Source: Acetobacteraceae bacterium (GTDB taxonomy: Bacteria; Pseudomonadota; Alphaproteobacteria; Acetobacterales; Acetobacteraceae). Taken from it: a stretch of 64,000 nucleotides of DNA. The DNA lies in contig JAIYDD010000163.1 in the NCBI GenBank assembly GCA_027487675.1, positions 253 to 64,252 on the forward strand. Reading direction: 5' to 3'. Below the pieces are notes generated by a model. It was given only the letters and a program-made list of their open reading frames with translations, was not told where the DNA came from and did no database searches. Position 1 is the stretch's first letter, and the number at the start of each line of letters is the position of its first letter. Position numbers and translations under genes: made by a program. Below are positions 48,962-59,200 of the stretch, one piece after another.

Positions 48962-50257
48962 TCAGCGCACCGGCGCCGGCGCGGCCCCGACCGGCACGCC
49001 CACCCGCCCCTCATGCAGCCGCGCCACCGTGCCCGCGACCGCCAGCGCCCGCCCGGCGGCGCCGTAGAACACGCCATGCACCTGCGTCGTCGCCTGCAGC
49101 GCCGCCATGAAGGCGTCCCGCAGCCGCGGCTCGGGCGGCCTTCCCTCCGACCAGAAGGCATCGAGCGAGCCCTGGTGGGTCAGGCCGGGCACGTCCCACA
49201 CCGCCCGTCCGAGCGCCTTCACCGGCCTGCCCAGCGCCAGCGCGCGCATGCCCACCGTGCTGTTCACCGTCAGCAGCCCGCGCGCGCCGGACAGCATCGC
49301 GTCCAGCGGGCCGTGATGCGCGACCAGCACCCTCTCCCGCACCCCGGCCGCCGCGGCGATCGCGGGAATGCGCCGCCCCCAGCGCTTCAGGCAGGGGTCC
49401 AGCGGATGCACCTTGCAGACCAGCCGCGCATCGGCCGGCGCATGGCGGGCGAAGGACCGCACCGTCTCGGCCACCGGCGTGTCCATGTCGCGATAGGGCG
49501 AATAGGCGCGGACGGAGAAGTCGCTTTCCATCTGCATGGCGAAGACCCAGTGCGGATGCGGCGCTGCCAGCGCCAGCACCCGCGCGCCTTCCGCCCGTTC
49601 CGCGCCCCGCCGCAGCAGCCGCCAGCCGATCCCGGCATAGGTCGCCAGCGGGTGGTGCAGGTGGTGGCTGCGGTAGTGCCGGAACGGCCAGGGCAGCATG
49701 GAGGCCAGGTGGTAGGACACGTCCCAGAAGGCCTGCAGGGGAAAACTGTCCGCCAGCCGCGGCTCCAGCTGCGCCGGCGGCAGGCCCCCGGCCAGCGCAT
49801 GGATCGCCGCCGCCTCACGCGGGAACAGGCTGCCGCCGCCCATGGCGGTGCTCTCCAGCGTGATCCAGTCGGGCCGGAAATAGCCGAAATCGGTGACGGT
49901 CACCGCCGCGCCGCGGGCTTCCGCCGCCGCGATCGCCGCGCTGTGGTAGTCCCGCCGCTCGCCCAGCAGCACCAGGTCGGTGATGGCGTGGCGGTCGAGG
50001 TAGGCGCGGATGAAGCCGGGCCAGGCGGCTTCCGGCCCCTGGTACCAGGCCGGCGCCGGCGCGCCGGGGATGCGGCGCCAGAACAGCACGTCGCCCAGGT
50101 TCAGGTGGATGCGGTGCACCTCATGCCCCAGCGCCGCCAGGCTGGCCGCGACCTCGGCGAAGAAAGGGCTGATCGGGCCCTGGAGGAAGAGGACGCGGCG
50201 CCGCCCTGGCGATCCGGCCGGGGGCGCCGGCAGGTCCGAGGTGTCGCGCGCTGTCAT
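48962..50257 (-). CDS. kpsS: capsule polysaccharide biosynthesis protein, KpsS/LipB/RkpJ-type (beta-Kdo transferase family)
   Basis: Trimmed from ORF 48962..50998 to the ATG at 50257 (431 aa). The upstream part of that ORF is the alternate frame of the formyltransferase gene. The N-terminus 'VLFLQGPISPFF..L...L...G..V.RI.LN.GD' and the later 'CKVHPLD' and 'TVNSTVG..AL..G.PV' blocks are as I remember the Capsule_synth family. Confidence 0.7.
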   Translation of the reverse strand: MTARDTSDLPAPPAGSPGRRRVLFLQGPISPFFAEVAASLAALGHEVHRIHLNLGDVLFWRRIPGAPAPAWYQGPEAAWPGFIRAYLDRHAITDLVLLGERRDYHSAAIAAAEARGAAVTVTDFGYFRPDWITLESTAMGGGSLFPREAAAIHALAGGLPPAQLEPRLADSFPLQAFWDVSYHLASMLPWPFRHYRSHHLHHPLATYAGIGWRLLRRGAERAEGARVLALAAPHPHWVFAMQMESDFSVRAYSPYRDMDTPVAETVRSFARHAPADARLVCKVHPLDPCLKRWGRRIPAIAAAAGVRERVLVAHHGPLDAMLSGARGLLTVNSTVGMRALALGRPVKALGRAVWDVPGLTHQGSLDAFWSEGRPPEPRLRDAFMAALQATTQVHGVFYGAAGRALAVAGTVARLHEGRVGVPVGAAPAPVR

Positions 50258-50291
50258 GCCTGCCCATACCTCCCGGGCGCAGGCGGGCCTG

Positions 50292-51089
50292 TCAACGCCC
50301 CGGCGGCATCGCGGTCGCGTGAAGTCCGGGGTTGCGCAGCAGCCGGAGGTCGCCGGCGCGCACCAGCCGCACCCCGCGCGCGGCGGCGTCCCGGATCGCG
50401 GCGCGGTCGGGAAACGGGCGATAGGGCAGCGGCTCGGGCGCCGGGGCGGGATCGGCGCGGCCTTCCGCCAGCGCGCGCAGCGCCTGGCGCAGCGGGTCGA
50501 GCCCCGCCAGGTGCAGCAGCCGCGCCGCTTCCAGCGCCGAGACGCCTTCGGGCAGCGCGACCGGGCGCTGCGCCAGCACCGCGCCGGCATCGATCCGCGC
50601 GACCAGGCGGTGGATGCTGACCCCCGTCTCGCCGCGCCCCTCCGCCAGCGCCCAGAAGGCGGGGATGGGCCCGCGGTGCCGCGGCAGCAGCGAGGGATGC
50701 AGGTTGATCCCCCCGAGCCGCGCCAGCGCCAGCGTCTCGGGCGCCAGGATCTGGTCGAAATGCAGCGTGACGATGAGGTCCGGCGCGGCCTGGCGCAGCG
50801 CGGCGCGGAAGGCCGGGCCGTTGACCTCCGGGACATGGACGAAGGCCGCGCCGGCCGCCGCCGCCGCGTCGCGGTGCGGCCCGCGCCGGAACGGCACGCC
50901 ATAGCCCAGCAGCAGATAGGCGAGCATCGCCGGCCCGGACCGCGCCAGCGCCGCCCGCAGCCGCGCCGGGCCCCGGCCTGCGGGGTCCGAGAGGCCAAGC
51001 AGCACGAGATCCCGGCCGAGGCCGCGCGCGAAGGCCAGCGAAGCGGCGTCGCTGATGACTGAAGCCAGGGTCAGCAGGGCTACGCGCAT
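50292..51089 (-). CDS. formyltransferase-fold protein (Fmt/ArnA N-domain-like)
   Basis: 265 aa. The catalytic region is 'DLIVTLHFDQIL....GGINLHPSLLPRHRGPIPAFWALAEGRGETGVSIHRLVARIDAGAVL'. The Asn, His and Asp of the formyltransferase triad positions are all present. Confidence 0.8.
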   Translation of the reverse strand: MRVALLTLASVISDAASLAFARGLGRDLVLLGLSDPAGRGPARLRAALARSGPAMLAYLLLGYGVPFRRGPHRDAAAAAGAAFVHVPEVNGPAFRAALRQAAPDLIVTLHFDQILAPETLALARLGGINLHPSLLPRHRGPIPAFWALAEGRGETGVSIHRLVARIDAGAVLAQRPVALPEGVSALEAARLLHLAGLDPLRQALRALAEGRADPAPAPEPLPYRPFPDRAAIRDAAARGVRLVRAGDLRLLRNPGLHATAMPPGR

Positions 51090-51114
51090 CGGCGCGGCGC
51101 GGCGCGGGTGGCCC

Positions 51115-51397
51115 GAGAGGGGCGCCGCCCCATAGGCGCTAACTTACGGTCTGCGTTGCACCCGTCGGCCCGGGTGGAGGCTTTGCCTCCCCCCGATACC
51201 CCCCGCCACCAGGGCTGCCGCCCTGGACCGGCATCAGTCAGAAGAGAACCAGATAAGTGAAGGGGGTTCCAAGGGGCCGCTGCCCCTTGGCGGGGTGCAG
51301 GGGCAGCGCCCCTGCCGGAGCGCGAGGCGGAGCCTCGCACCGCCTGCTTCCGCCCCCGAGGAGTTAAGCTAGCGCCTATGGGGCGCCGCCCCTCTCG
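51115..51397 (+). mobile_element. MITE-like repeat, full copy G (inside the PKS operon)
   Basis: The ends 'GAGAGGGGCGCCGCCCCATAGGCGCTAACTTAC' and 'GTTAAGCTAGCGCCTATGGGGCGCCGCCCCTCTCG' are inverted repeats. The interior is the reverse complement of copy C. Extra hairpin modules follow ('CCAAGGGCCgaaaGGCCCTTGG', 'CCAGGGGCCtttcGGCCCCTGG') up to ~51500. Confidence 0.75.
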
Positions 51398-51522
51398 TAC
51401 TCTCCCGGCCAAGGGCCGAAAGGCCCTTGGAACCCGGGGTCCAGGGGCCTTTCGGCCCCTGGCGGGGTGGGTATCGGGAGGGGCGGAGCCCCTCCCGGGG
51501 TCACCGGCGCCCATCCCTCCGC

Positions 51523-52830
51523 TCAGGCCTTCACCGACGCCACCGCCGCCGCCAGCTGCGCCACGGCCTCCCGCAGGTCGGCCTCCTCATGCTCCGCCGA
51601 GAAGAAGAAGCGCAGCCGCGCCGTCTTCTCCGGCACCGCGGGGAAGACGATCGGCAGCGCGTTCACCCCGCGCTCGAGCAGCGCCGCCGAGACCTGCACC
51701 GCCCGCAGCGAGCTGCCCAGCACCACGGGGACGATGCCGAGCCCCGCACTCTCCCCGGTGTCCAGCCCGCGCGCCCGGCAGAGGTCGCGGAACAGCAGCG
51801 CATTGGCCTGCAGCTTCGCCACCCGCCAGGGCTCGGCCGCCATGATGTCGAAGGCGGCGGTGGCGGCCGCGGCCAGCGGCGGTGCGAGGCCCACCGAATA
51901 GACGAAGCCCGGCACGGTGTAGCGCAGCCAGTCCACCAGCTCCGCCCGCGCCGCGACATAGCCGCCGCAGGAACACAGCGTCTTGGACAGCGTGCCCATC
52001 CAGATGTCGATCTCGGCGGGATCGACGCCGGCGGCCTCGAAGACCCCCTTGCCGGTGGCACCGACCACGCCCAGCCCATGCGCGTCGTCCACCATCAGCC
52101 AGGCATCGTGCTTCCGCGCGAGCCGCACGAAGCCCGCCAAATCGGGCACGTCGCCATCCATGGAGTAGTGGCCCTCGACCACCACCAGCGCGCGCTGGGC
52201 GGCGCGCCGGGCACGGGCCAACTCGCGCTCCGCCGCCGCCAGGTCGTTGTGCGGGAAGGGCAGGCGCCGCGCGCCGGAAAGCCTGGCGCCCTCGGTGCAG
52301 GAATTGTGGATGGCCGCGTCGTGCAGCACCAGGTCGCGCGGGCCGACCAGGTGGCCGATGACCGTGACGTTGGTGGCATGGCCGCTGGTCAGCACGAGCG
52401 CCGCCTCCGCCCCGTAATGAGCGGCGATCCGCGCCTCCAGCGCGCCATGCACCGGCCGCTCCCCGCTGACAAGGCGCGAGGCGGAACAGGACACGCCGTG
52501 GCGCGCCATGGCGTCCGCCGCCGCGGCATGGATGCGCGGGTCGCCGTTCAAGCCGAGATAGTCGTAGGAGCCGAAATTGATGACCTCCCGCCCCGCGATC
52601 ACGCTGCGCGCGCCGGCGCGGCCCTCATGGGGGCGGAAATAGGGGCTCTCGATGCCCAGCGCCTCGACGCCGTCGCGCACCAGCGCCCAGTCCTTGAGGT
52701 TCTGGATCGCGCCGAAGCCGCGCGGATCGGCGGCGGCCTGCCTTTCCTGGCCCTCGCGCCGGCGGGCGAGGCGCTGCACCAGGGCGAGACGGGCGGCGCC
52801 GGAGAGGCCGAAGCTGGGGGCGCCGGTCAT
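51523..52830 (-). CDS. PLP-dependent alpha-oxoamine synthase (AONS/SPT/KBL family; RkpG-like acyltransferase)
   Basis: Trimmed from ORF 51523..53226 to the ATG at 52830 (435 aa). Motifs are 'NFGSYDYLGL', 'SGHATN', 'DDAHGLGVVG' and the PLP lysine in 'MGTLSKTLCSCGGY'. Confidence 0.88.
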   Translation of the reverse strand: MTGAPSFGLSGAARLALVQRLARRREGQERQAAADPRGFGAIQNLKDWALVRDGVEALGIESPYFRPHEGRAGARSVIAGREVINFGSYDYLGLNGDPRIHAAAADAMARHGVSCSASRLVSGERPVHGALEARIAAHYGAEAALVLTSGHATNVTVIGHLVGPRDLVLHDAAIHNSCTEGARLSGARRLPFPHNDLAAAERELARARRAAQRALVVVEGHYSMDGDVPDLAGFVRLARKHDAWLMVDDAHGLGVVGATGKGVFEAAGVDPAEIDIWMGTLSKTLCSCGGYVAARAELVDWLRYTVPGFVYSVGLAPPLAAAATAAFDIMAAEPWRVAKLQANALLFRDLCRARGLDTGESAGLGIVPVVLGSSLRAVQVSAALLERGVNALPIVFPAVPEKTARLRFFFSAEHEEADLREAVAQLAAAVASVKA

Positions 52831-52839
52831 GGGGCGGGA

Positions 52840-53200
52840 TGCGCCGATGGCCCGGGGGAGGCGTTGCCTCCCCCGTACCCCCACCACCAGGCCCGGGCCG
52901 GGCCTGGACCGGCGTGTTCGGGACGCAGCGTGGGGCGGGCGCAGGGCGTGGGCGAGCGGGGTGGCTTGCGAGGCTCCGCCTCGCGCTCCGCCAGGGGCGC
53001 TGCCCCTGGACCCCGGCAAGGGACACAGGTCCCTTGCAACCCTTTCAATTGACTTGCCTCGCGCACCCACAGCCAGCGCAGACCGGAACGCACCGCACCA
53101 CCCCGCGCCCACCCAAACCCCCGGGTTCCAAGGGCCTTTCGGCCCTTGGCGGGGAGAGTACGAGAGGGGCGGAGCCCCTCTCGGGCCCGCAGGGAGCCCC
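52840..53200. repeat. rearranged (head-to-head) chimera of MITE-family internal modules, no intact TIRs
   Basis: 52850-52915 matches the forward centre of copy G ('GGAGGCGTTGCCTCC...CCTGGACCGGCGTG'). 52965-53050 matches the reverse half as in copy C ('GCGAGGCTCCGCCTCGCGCTCCGCCAGGGGCGCTGCCCCTG'). 53125-53195 carries the 'CCAAGGGCCtttcGGCCCTTGG' module. Confidence 0.6.
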
Positions 53201-53261
53201 CGCGCCGGCCCGTCGTCGTCACCCACAGCCCCGGCATCGGCAGGTCACTCCTCCTGCGGCG

Positions 53262-56200
53262 TCACTCCGCGGCCACCGACTTGCCCGGCGCGTCTTCCGG
53301 CGCGAAGGTCTCCATCAGCGTCGAGATGGTCGCCGCTTCGGTCGCCGGGTCCAGGGCCGCCGCGGCGATCTGCCGTGCCAGGGCCGCCACGGTCAACTCC
53401 TCGGACAGTCCCGCAATGGGGATCTGTCGCCCGAGCCGCCCTTCCAGCGAGGAGCGCAGTTCCAGCGCGCCCAGGCTGTCGAGGCCGAGCCCCGTCACCT
53501 TCGCCTCCACCCCCACCGCGTCGGGCGGCAGGCGCAGGATGCGGCCGATCTCCTCCTGCGCCAGGCGCAGCACCAGCGCCTCCGCCTCCGCGCGCGGCAG
53601 GGCGGCCAGGCGTTCGCGCAGATCCCCCGCCTCCGCCACCGGCGCCGCCGCCGCCAGCGCCGCGAAGGCGGGCTCGGCGAAGACCGGCAGCGCGATGCGG
53701 GCGTCCCCGGGGTTCAGCCGCACCAGCAGCGGCGCGGCATGCGGCGCGGCGAGCATGGCCGGCAGGGCCGACAGCGCTTCCTCCGCCGTCATCGCCGCCA
53801 CGCCGAGCCGCCGGCGCAGCGCCTCCGCCTTGCCGGCATCGGCGGCCAGCCATCCGGCATCGGCGATCGGCCCCCAGCCGACGCAGAGCGCCGGCTTCCC
53901 CGCCGCGCGCCGGCGCCGCGCCAGGGCTTCCAGCGCCGCATTCGCCGCCACGTAGTTCGCCTGGCCCGGATTGCCGAAGGCGACGGTCGCCGAGCCGAAC
54001 AGCAGGAACAGCGACAGCGGATCGCCCGCGGTCAGCCGGTCCAGGTTCTCCGCCGCGGCGAGCTTCGGCGCCAGCGCCCGCCGGAAGCGCGCCGCGTCCA
54101 TCGACAGCGCCGCCCCGTCCTCCAGCACGCCGGCCGCATGCACCACGCCGCCGATCGGCCGCGCCGCGCGGATTTTTGCAAGGGTCGCCGCCAACGCATC
54201 GGCATCCGAAGCATCGCAGGCGTGCAGCGCCGCCTGGGCGCCGAGCGCCGCAAGGTCCCGCAGCGCCTCCGCATGTCCGGTCGGGCCGGCGCGGCGCGCC
54301 ACCAGCGCCAGGTGCCGGGCGCCCTGCCGGGCGAGCCATTTGGCGCAGGCCAGCCCGAAGCCCCGCGTGCCGCCCACGACGACGATGGTGGCCTCCGCCG
54401 GCGGCGCCCAGGGCGCGGCGGCGGCCGGGCGGGGTGCCGGCGGGCGGATCACCAGCTTGCCGATATGGGCGGAGGCCTGCAGCGTCCGGAACGCCGCCTC
54501 CACCTCGCCCGCGCCGAAGACGGCGAAGGGCAGCGGGCGGAAGGTCTCCTCCCGCAGCGCTTCGCGGATGCGCGCCAGCAGGCGGGCGGCATGCGCCGGG
54601 CGGGCGCGCGGCAGTTCGTCGACGTCCACCGCGAACCAGGTCGCGTTGCGGCGCAGCGCGCGGAAGGGCGTGCGGCGGTTCTCCACGAAGTCGCGCTTGC
54701 CGAGCTCCACGAACCGCCCGAAGGGCCGCAGCAGGCCGAGGCTGCGCTCCATCGCCTCCCCGGCCAGGCTGTTCAGCACCACGTCCACGACGCCTTCGCC
54801 CGCGCCCCGCCCACCCCATTCCGCGCGCAGCGCATCGGCGAAGCCGGGGTCGCGGCTGTCCAGCACCAGCTCGGCACCGGCCGCGCGCAGGAAGGCGCGC
54901 TTGGCGGGCGTGCCGGCGGTCATCGCCACCCGCGCGCCGATCGCCTGCGCCACCTGCAGCGCGGCCAGCCCGACGGCACCGGCGCCGCCATGCACCAGCA
55001 GCGTCTCGCCCGGCTGCAGCCGGGCGCACTCCTCCAGCGCGTGCAGGGCGGTCAGGAAAGCCACCGGCATGGTCGCCGCCGCCTCCGGCGCCATTCCCTC
55101 CGGCAGCGGCGCCAGCGCCTCCGCCCGCGTCACCGCGCGCGCGGCGAGCGCGGCCGGCGCCACGCCGAACACCCGCTGCCCCGGCCGCAGCGCGACGCCG
55201 GGCCCGGCTTCCTCCACCACGCCCGCGCATTCCATGCCGAGCGTCGGCCCGGCGAAGCCGACGGCCAGCAATTCCTCCGGCAGCAGCCCCTGCGCCCACA
55301 TCAGGTCGCGGAAGTTCAGCCCCGCGGCCTCGACCCGGATCGCGACCTCCCCCGGCCCCGGCCGGCGCGGCGCGGGGGGCCGCCAGCCCAGCGTGCCGAG
55401 CCGGCCCGGCTGCCCGACCTCCAGCGCCAGCGCGCCCCCCGGCGGCGGCAGCGCCAGCCCCGGCACCAGCCGCGGCACCAGCCGGGCGGTGGCGGCCAGC
55501 GCGACTTCCGGCTCCGCCTCCGCCGCCTCCAGCTCGCCGGCCAGGCGCCGCGCCGCGGCATCGGGGCGCAGCTCGGGCGCCAGGTCGATGCGCCGCGGCC
55601 GCAGCGCCGGCATCTCGTTGGCCAGCACCCGCGCCAGGCCCAGCAGCGCGGCGGCTTCCGGCGCGTGGCGGCCCTCCGCCGGCTGCGCGCCGCCCGCCGT
55701 CACCAGCACGAAGCCGGCCGCGCTGCCGGCCGCCGCCTCGGCCAGCCGCACCAGCCCGGCCAGCGTCTCCGGCAGCGACGCCGCGTCGGGCGCCAGCAGC
55801 GCCAGCACCCGCGCGCCGGCCAGCGCCCGGGGTGCCGGCGCCGCGCCGAACTCCAGCCGCTCCACCGCCGCCCCGCGGGAGCCGAGCAGCCCCGCCAGCG
55901 CATCGGCCAGCGCCCGGCCGCCGGCATCGGCGACCAGCACGCTGCGCGGCGGCGCCGGGCGCGCGGCGGGGGGCGGCGGCGGCGCCTCGGCCGCGACCAG
56001 CGCGGCGGGCCAGGGGGCGCAGGGCAGCGCCTCGGCGCTCGCGGCCCGGAATCCCGCCGCCTCCAGGCTGCCGAGCCAGAGCGCGGCGTCCGGCAGCGAC
56101 CCGCCCTGCGATCCCGGCGCCGGCGGCGGGCCGAGCCCGCTCCACCATTCGGGGTCCTGCCCGCAGGCGAAGGTCCAGGCGCGGCCCGGCAGCGGCTCGG

Positions 56201-59200
56201 CCAGCAGCAGCGCGCCGCCCTCGGCCAGCGCCGGGCGCAGCGCCGCCGCCAGCCGCGCGCCGGCCCGCCCGCGCGCCGCCGGCGCCAGCCCCACCACCAG
56301 GTCGGCGACGATCGGCGGCGGCGTGCCGGCGTCCGGGTCCCAGACCGCGCTGTCCAGCGCCATCCCCGGCGGGGCCGGCGGCAGCGGCACCCGCGCCTCC
56401 CCGGAAGCGACGTAGCGCACCTGCCGCCCGAGCGGCGCCAGCCGCGCCACGACCCGCCGCGCCAGCGCATCGCCGGCCGCCGAGACTTCCAGGATCCGCA
56501 GCGGCCGCGTCTCCGGCCAGGCGGCGGCCAGCGCGGCGACGGCCGCGGCCAGCGCATCGGCCAGCCGCCCGAAGGCGGCGCCCTGGGCGGGCGGCGGGGC
56601 GGCGCCGTGGCGCCCGCCCTGCAACGCCGACGGCAGCGCCTCCATCGCCTCGGCCAGCCAGGCGAGGTCGAGCGCCAGTTCCGGCCGCTCCGCCAGGATG
56701 GCGCGCCAGATCTCGGCGGCCGGCGGCAGCGCCTGGTCCGGCAGCAGGCGGAAGCCGGACGGCGTCGCCTCCGCCGCCCCGTCCTCGACCAGGGCGCGGC
56801 GCAGGAAGGCCTGGTAGGCGGCGGCCTCCGGCGCGGCGGCGGCCAGCGGCATCGATTGCGCGGCGGCGGCCACCATCGCCTCGACCAGCAGCGCCACCTC
56901 CGACAGGTCGCGCGACGCCGCCTCCCGCGCCGCGGCATCCACCGCCACGCCCAGGGCCGGCGGCGGCGGCGCGCCTTCCGCGGCGGGCACCCAGTCGATG
57001 CGGCTGGCGATCTCGGCCGCCGGCGCGGCGCCGGGCAGGGCGATGCGCCAGAACTCCGCGCCCTCGGCCACCGCCACCGCGCGCCCGGCGCCGTCGCGCA
57101 GCACCAGCCGCGCCTCCGCCGAGCGCGTGCCGAGCCGCGTCACCTCGAGCTCCGCCGCCACCGCCGGCGCGGCGCCGGGCAGCGCGACCAGCCGGGCGAC
57201 GCGCACCGGCACCACCCCGGTGCCGTCGGGGATGTCCGGCGCCAGCAGGCCCAGCAGCCCCTGGAAGGCCCCGTCCAGCCGGGACGGATGCAGCAGGAAG
57301 CCGGCATCCGGCGGCGCCGCCTGCGGCAGGGCGAGCTCCACCCGCGCACGCCCGGCCGCGCGGTCCGCCGCCACCGACGCCACCGCCGCGAAGGCCGGGC
57401 CGTAGGCCAGGCCGAGCCGGGCGGCGACGGCGCGCACCGCCTCCCCCGCCACGGGCTCCGCCGCCGCGACCGGCAGGGGCGGCACGGCGAGCGCGTTGGC
57501 CGAGCCCGGCCGCGCCTCGGCCAGGGCATGCAGGGTCCAGCCCTCCTCCGCCAGGCGCCGGCGGCTTTCCAGCCGGAAGGCGCCCTCGGGCGAGAGGCTG
57601 CAGCGGACCTCGCGCGCCCGGGACGTCTCCAGCGGCAGGGCGCGCAGGATGCGGAATTCCGCGAGTTCCAGCGCCGCGGCATCCGGGTGGCAGGCGCGCG
57701 CCGCGGCCAGCGCCATGTCGAGCATCGCCGCCGCCGGCAGGACCGCATCGGGCCCCAGCCGGTGGTCGGCCAGCCAGGGCGCGGCTTCCGTGTCGAGCGC
57801 GCGGGTCCACACCCCGGGCTCGGCCCCGGCGCGGCGGAAGCCCAGCAGCGGATGGTCCTCGACGGGGTCCACGATGCGCAGGCTTTCGGGGGTGGCGGCG
57901 TGCCAGGCGCGGATGCGGTGGAACGGGGTCGGCGGCAGGCGGCGTTCCGCGGGGCCGGCGAAGGCCGGGCCCTCGCGCGGGTCGGCGCCGGCGGCGAAGG
58001 CGCGGTCGGCGGTGGCGGCGAAGGGGTCCTCGCCGGCCGGGTCGCGGCGCGACAGGCTGGGCAGGCAGGCGGCCGGCAGCCGCGCGGCGCGGCAGGTCTC
58101 CCGCAGGTAGGATTGCAGGACGGGGTTGGGCCCGATCTCCAGGAACAGCCGCGCGCCCTGCGCCAGCGCCGCGCGCATGGCGGCCTCGAAGCGCACCGGC
58201 TGGCGCAGGTTGCGCCACCAATAGGCGGGGCCCGCCTCGCCCGCCGCCAGCGCCGCGCCGGTGACGGTGGAGAGCATCGGCAGGGCCGGCGCCGCCGGCC
58301 GCAGCCCGGCCAGCTCCGCCAGCAGCCCGTCGCGCGCGGGGTCCATCGCCGCGCTGTGGAAGGCGTAGTCCAGGTCGAGCCCGATCCAGCCGATGCGCCG
58401 CGCCTCCGCCCGTTCCCGCACCACGGCAAGGTCGGCCTCCGGGCCCGCCAGGGTGACGGAGCCGGGCGCGTTCAGCGCCGCGACCTCCACCGCCGTGCCG
58501 GCAACCAGCGCGGCGGCTTCCTCGGCCCCCGCGGCGAGCGCGGCCATCCGCCCCTGTCCGCGCAGCAGGTGCTGGTGGCGGCTGCGCGCCACGATCAGCC
58601 GCGCGGCATCGCCCAGCCCGAGCACCCCGGCCGCCAGCGCGGCCGCGACCTCGCCGACCGAATGGCCGAGCACCATCGCCGGCCGCAGCCCCTGCCCGGC
58701 CAGCGCGTCCAGGCTCGCCGCCTGGATCGCGAAGAGCAGCGGCTGCGCGCGGTCGGTGGCGGCCAGTTCCTCCGCCGTGACGCCGGCCTCGATCCGCGCC
58801 ATCGGCGACCAGCCGAGCAGCGGCGCCAGCGCCCCGTCCACCCGCGCCAGCGCCGCACGGAACGGCGCGGAGGCGGCCAGCGCCGCCTGCGCCATGCCCG
58901 CATGCTGCGCGCCGTTGCCGGCGAAGACGAAGCAGGCCGGCGCGGCGCCGGTATCGGCGGCCAGCCCCGCGGCGACGCCGGGCGCCGCGCCGTCGCGCGC
59001 CCAGCCATCGAGCGCCGCGGCCAGCGCCGCCCCGTCCGCCCCGCGCAGCGCGAGGCGATGCGGCAGCAGGTCGCGGTGCCGCGCCGCGCCGCGCGCGAGT
59101 GCGGCCGCCTGGCGCGGGGCCGCGCCGGCCAGCCGGTCGCGCCAGGCGCCGGCCAGGGCCTTCAGCCCCTCCGCAGAGCGCGCCGAGAGCAGCAGCGGCG

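Noticed and set aside
50258-50998. N-terminal 247 aa of ORF 48962..50998, which would make KpsS a 678-aa protein.
   Set aside because: That part is the alternate frame of the formyltransferase gene (50292..51089), which has proper catalytic motifs. The KpsS-like sequence begins at ATG 50257.
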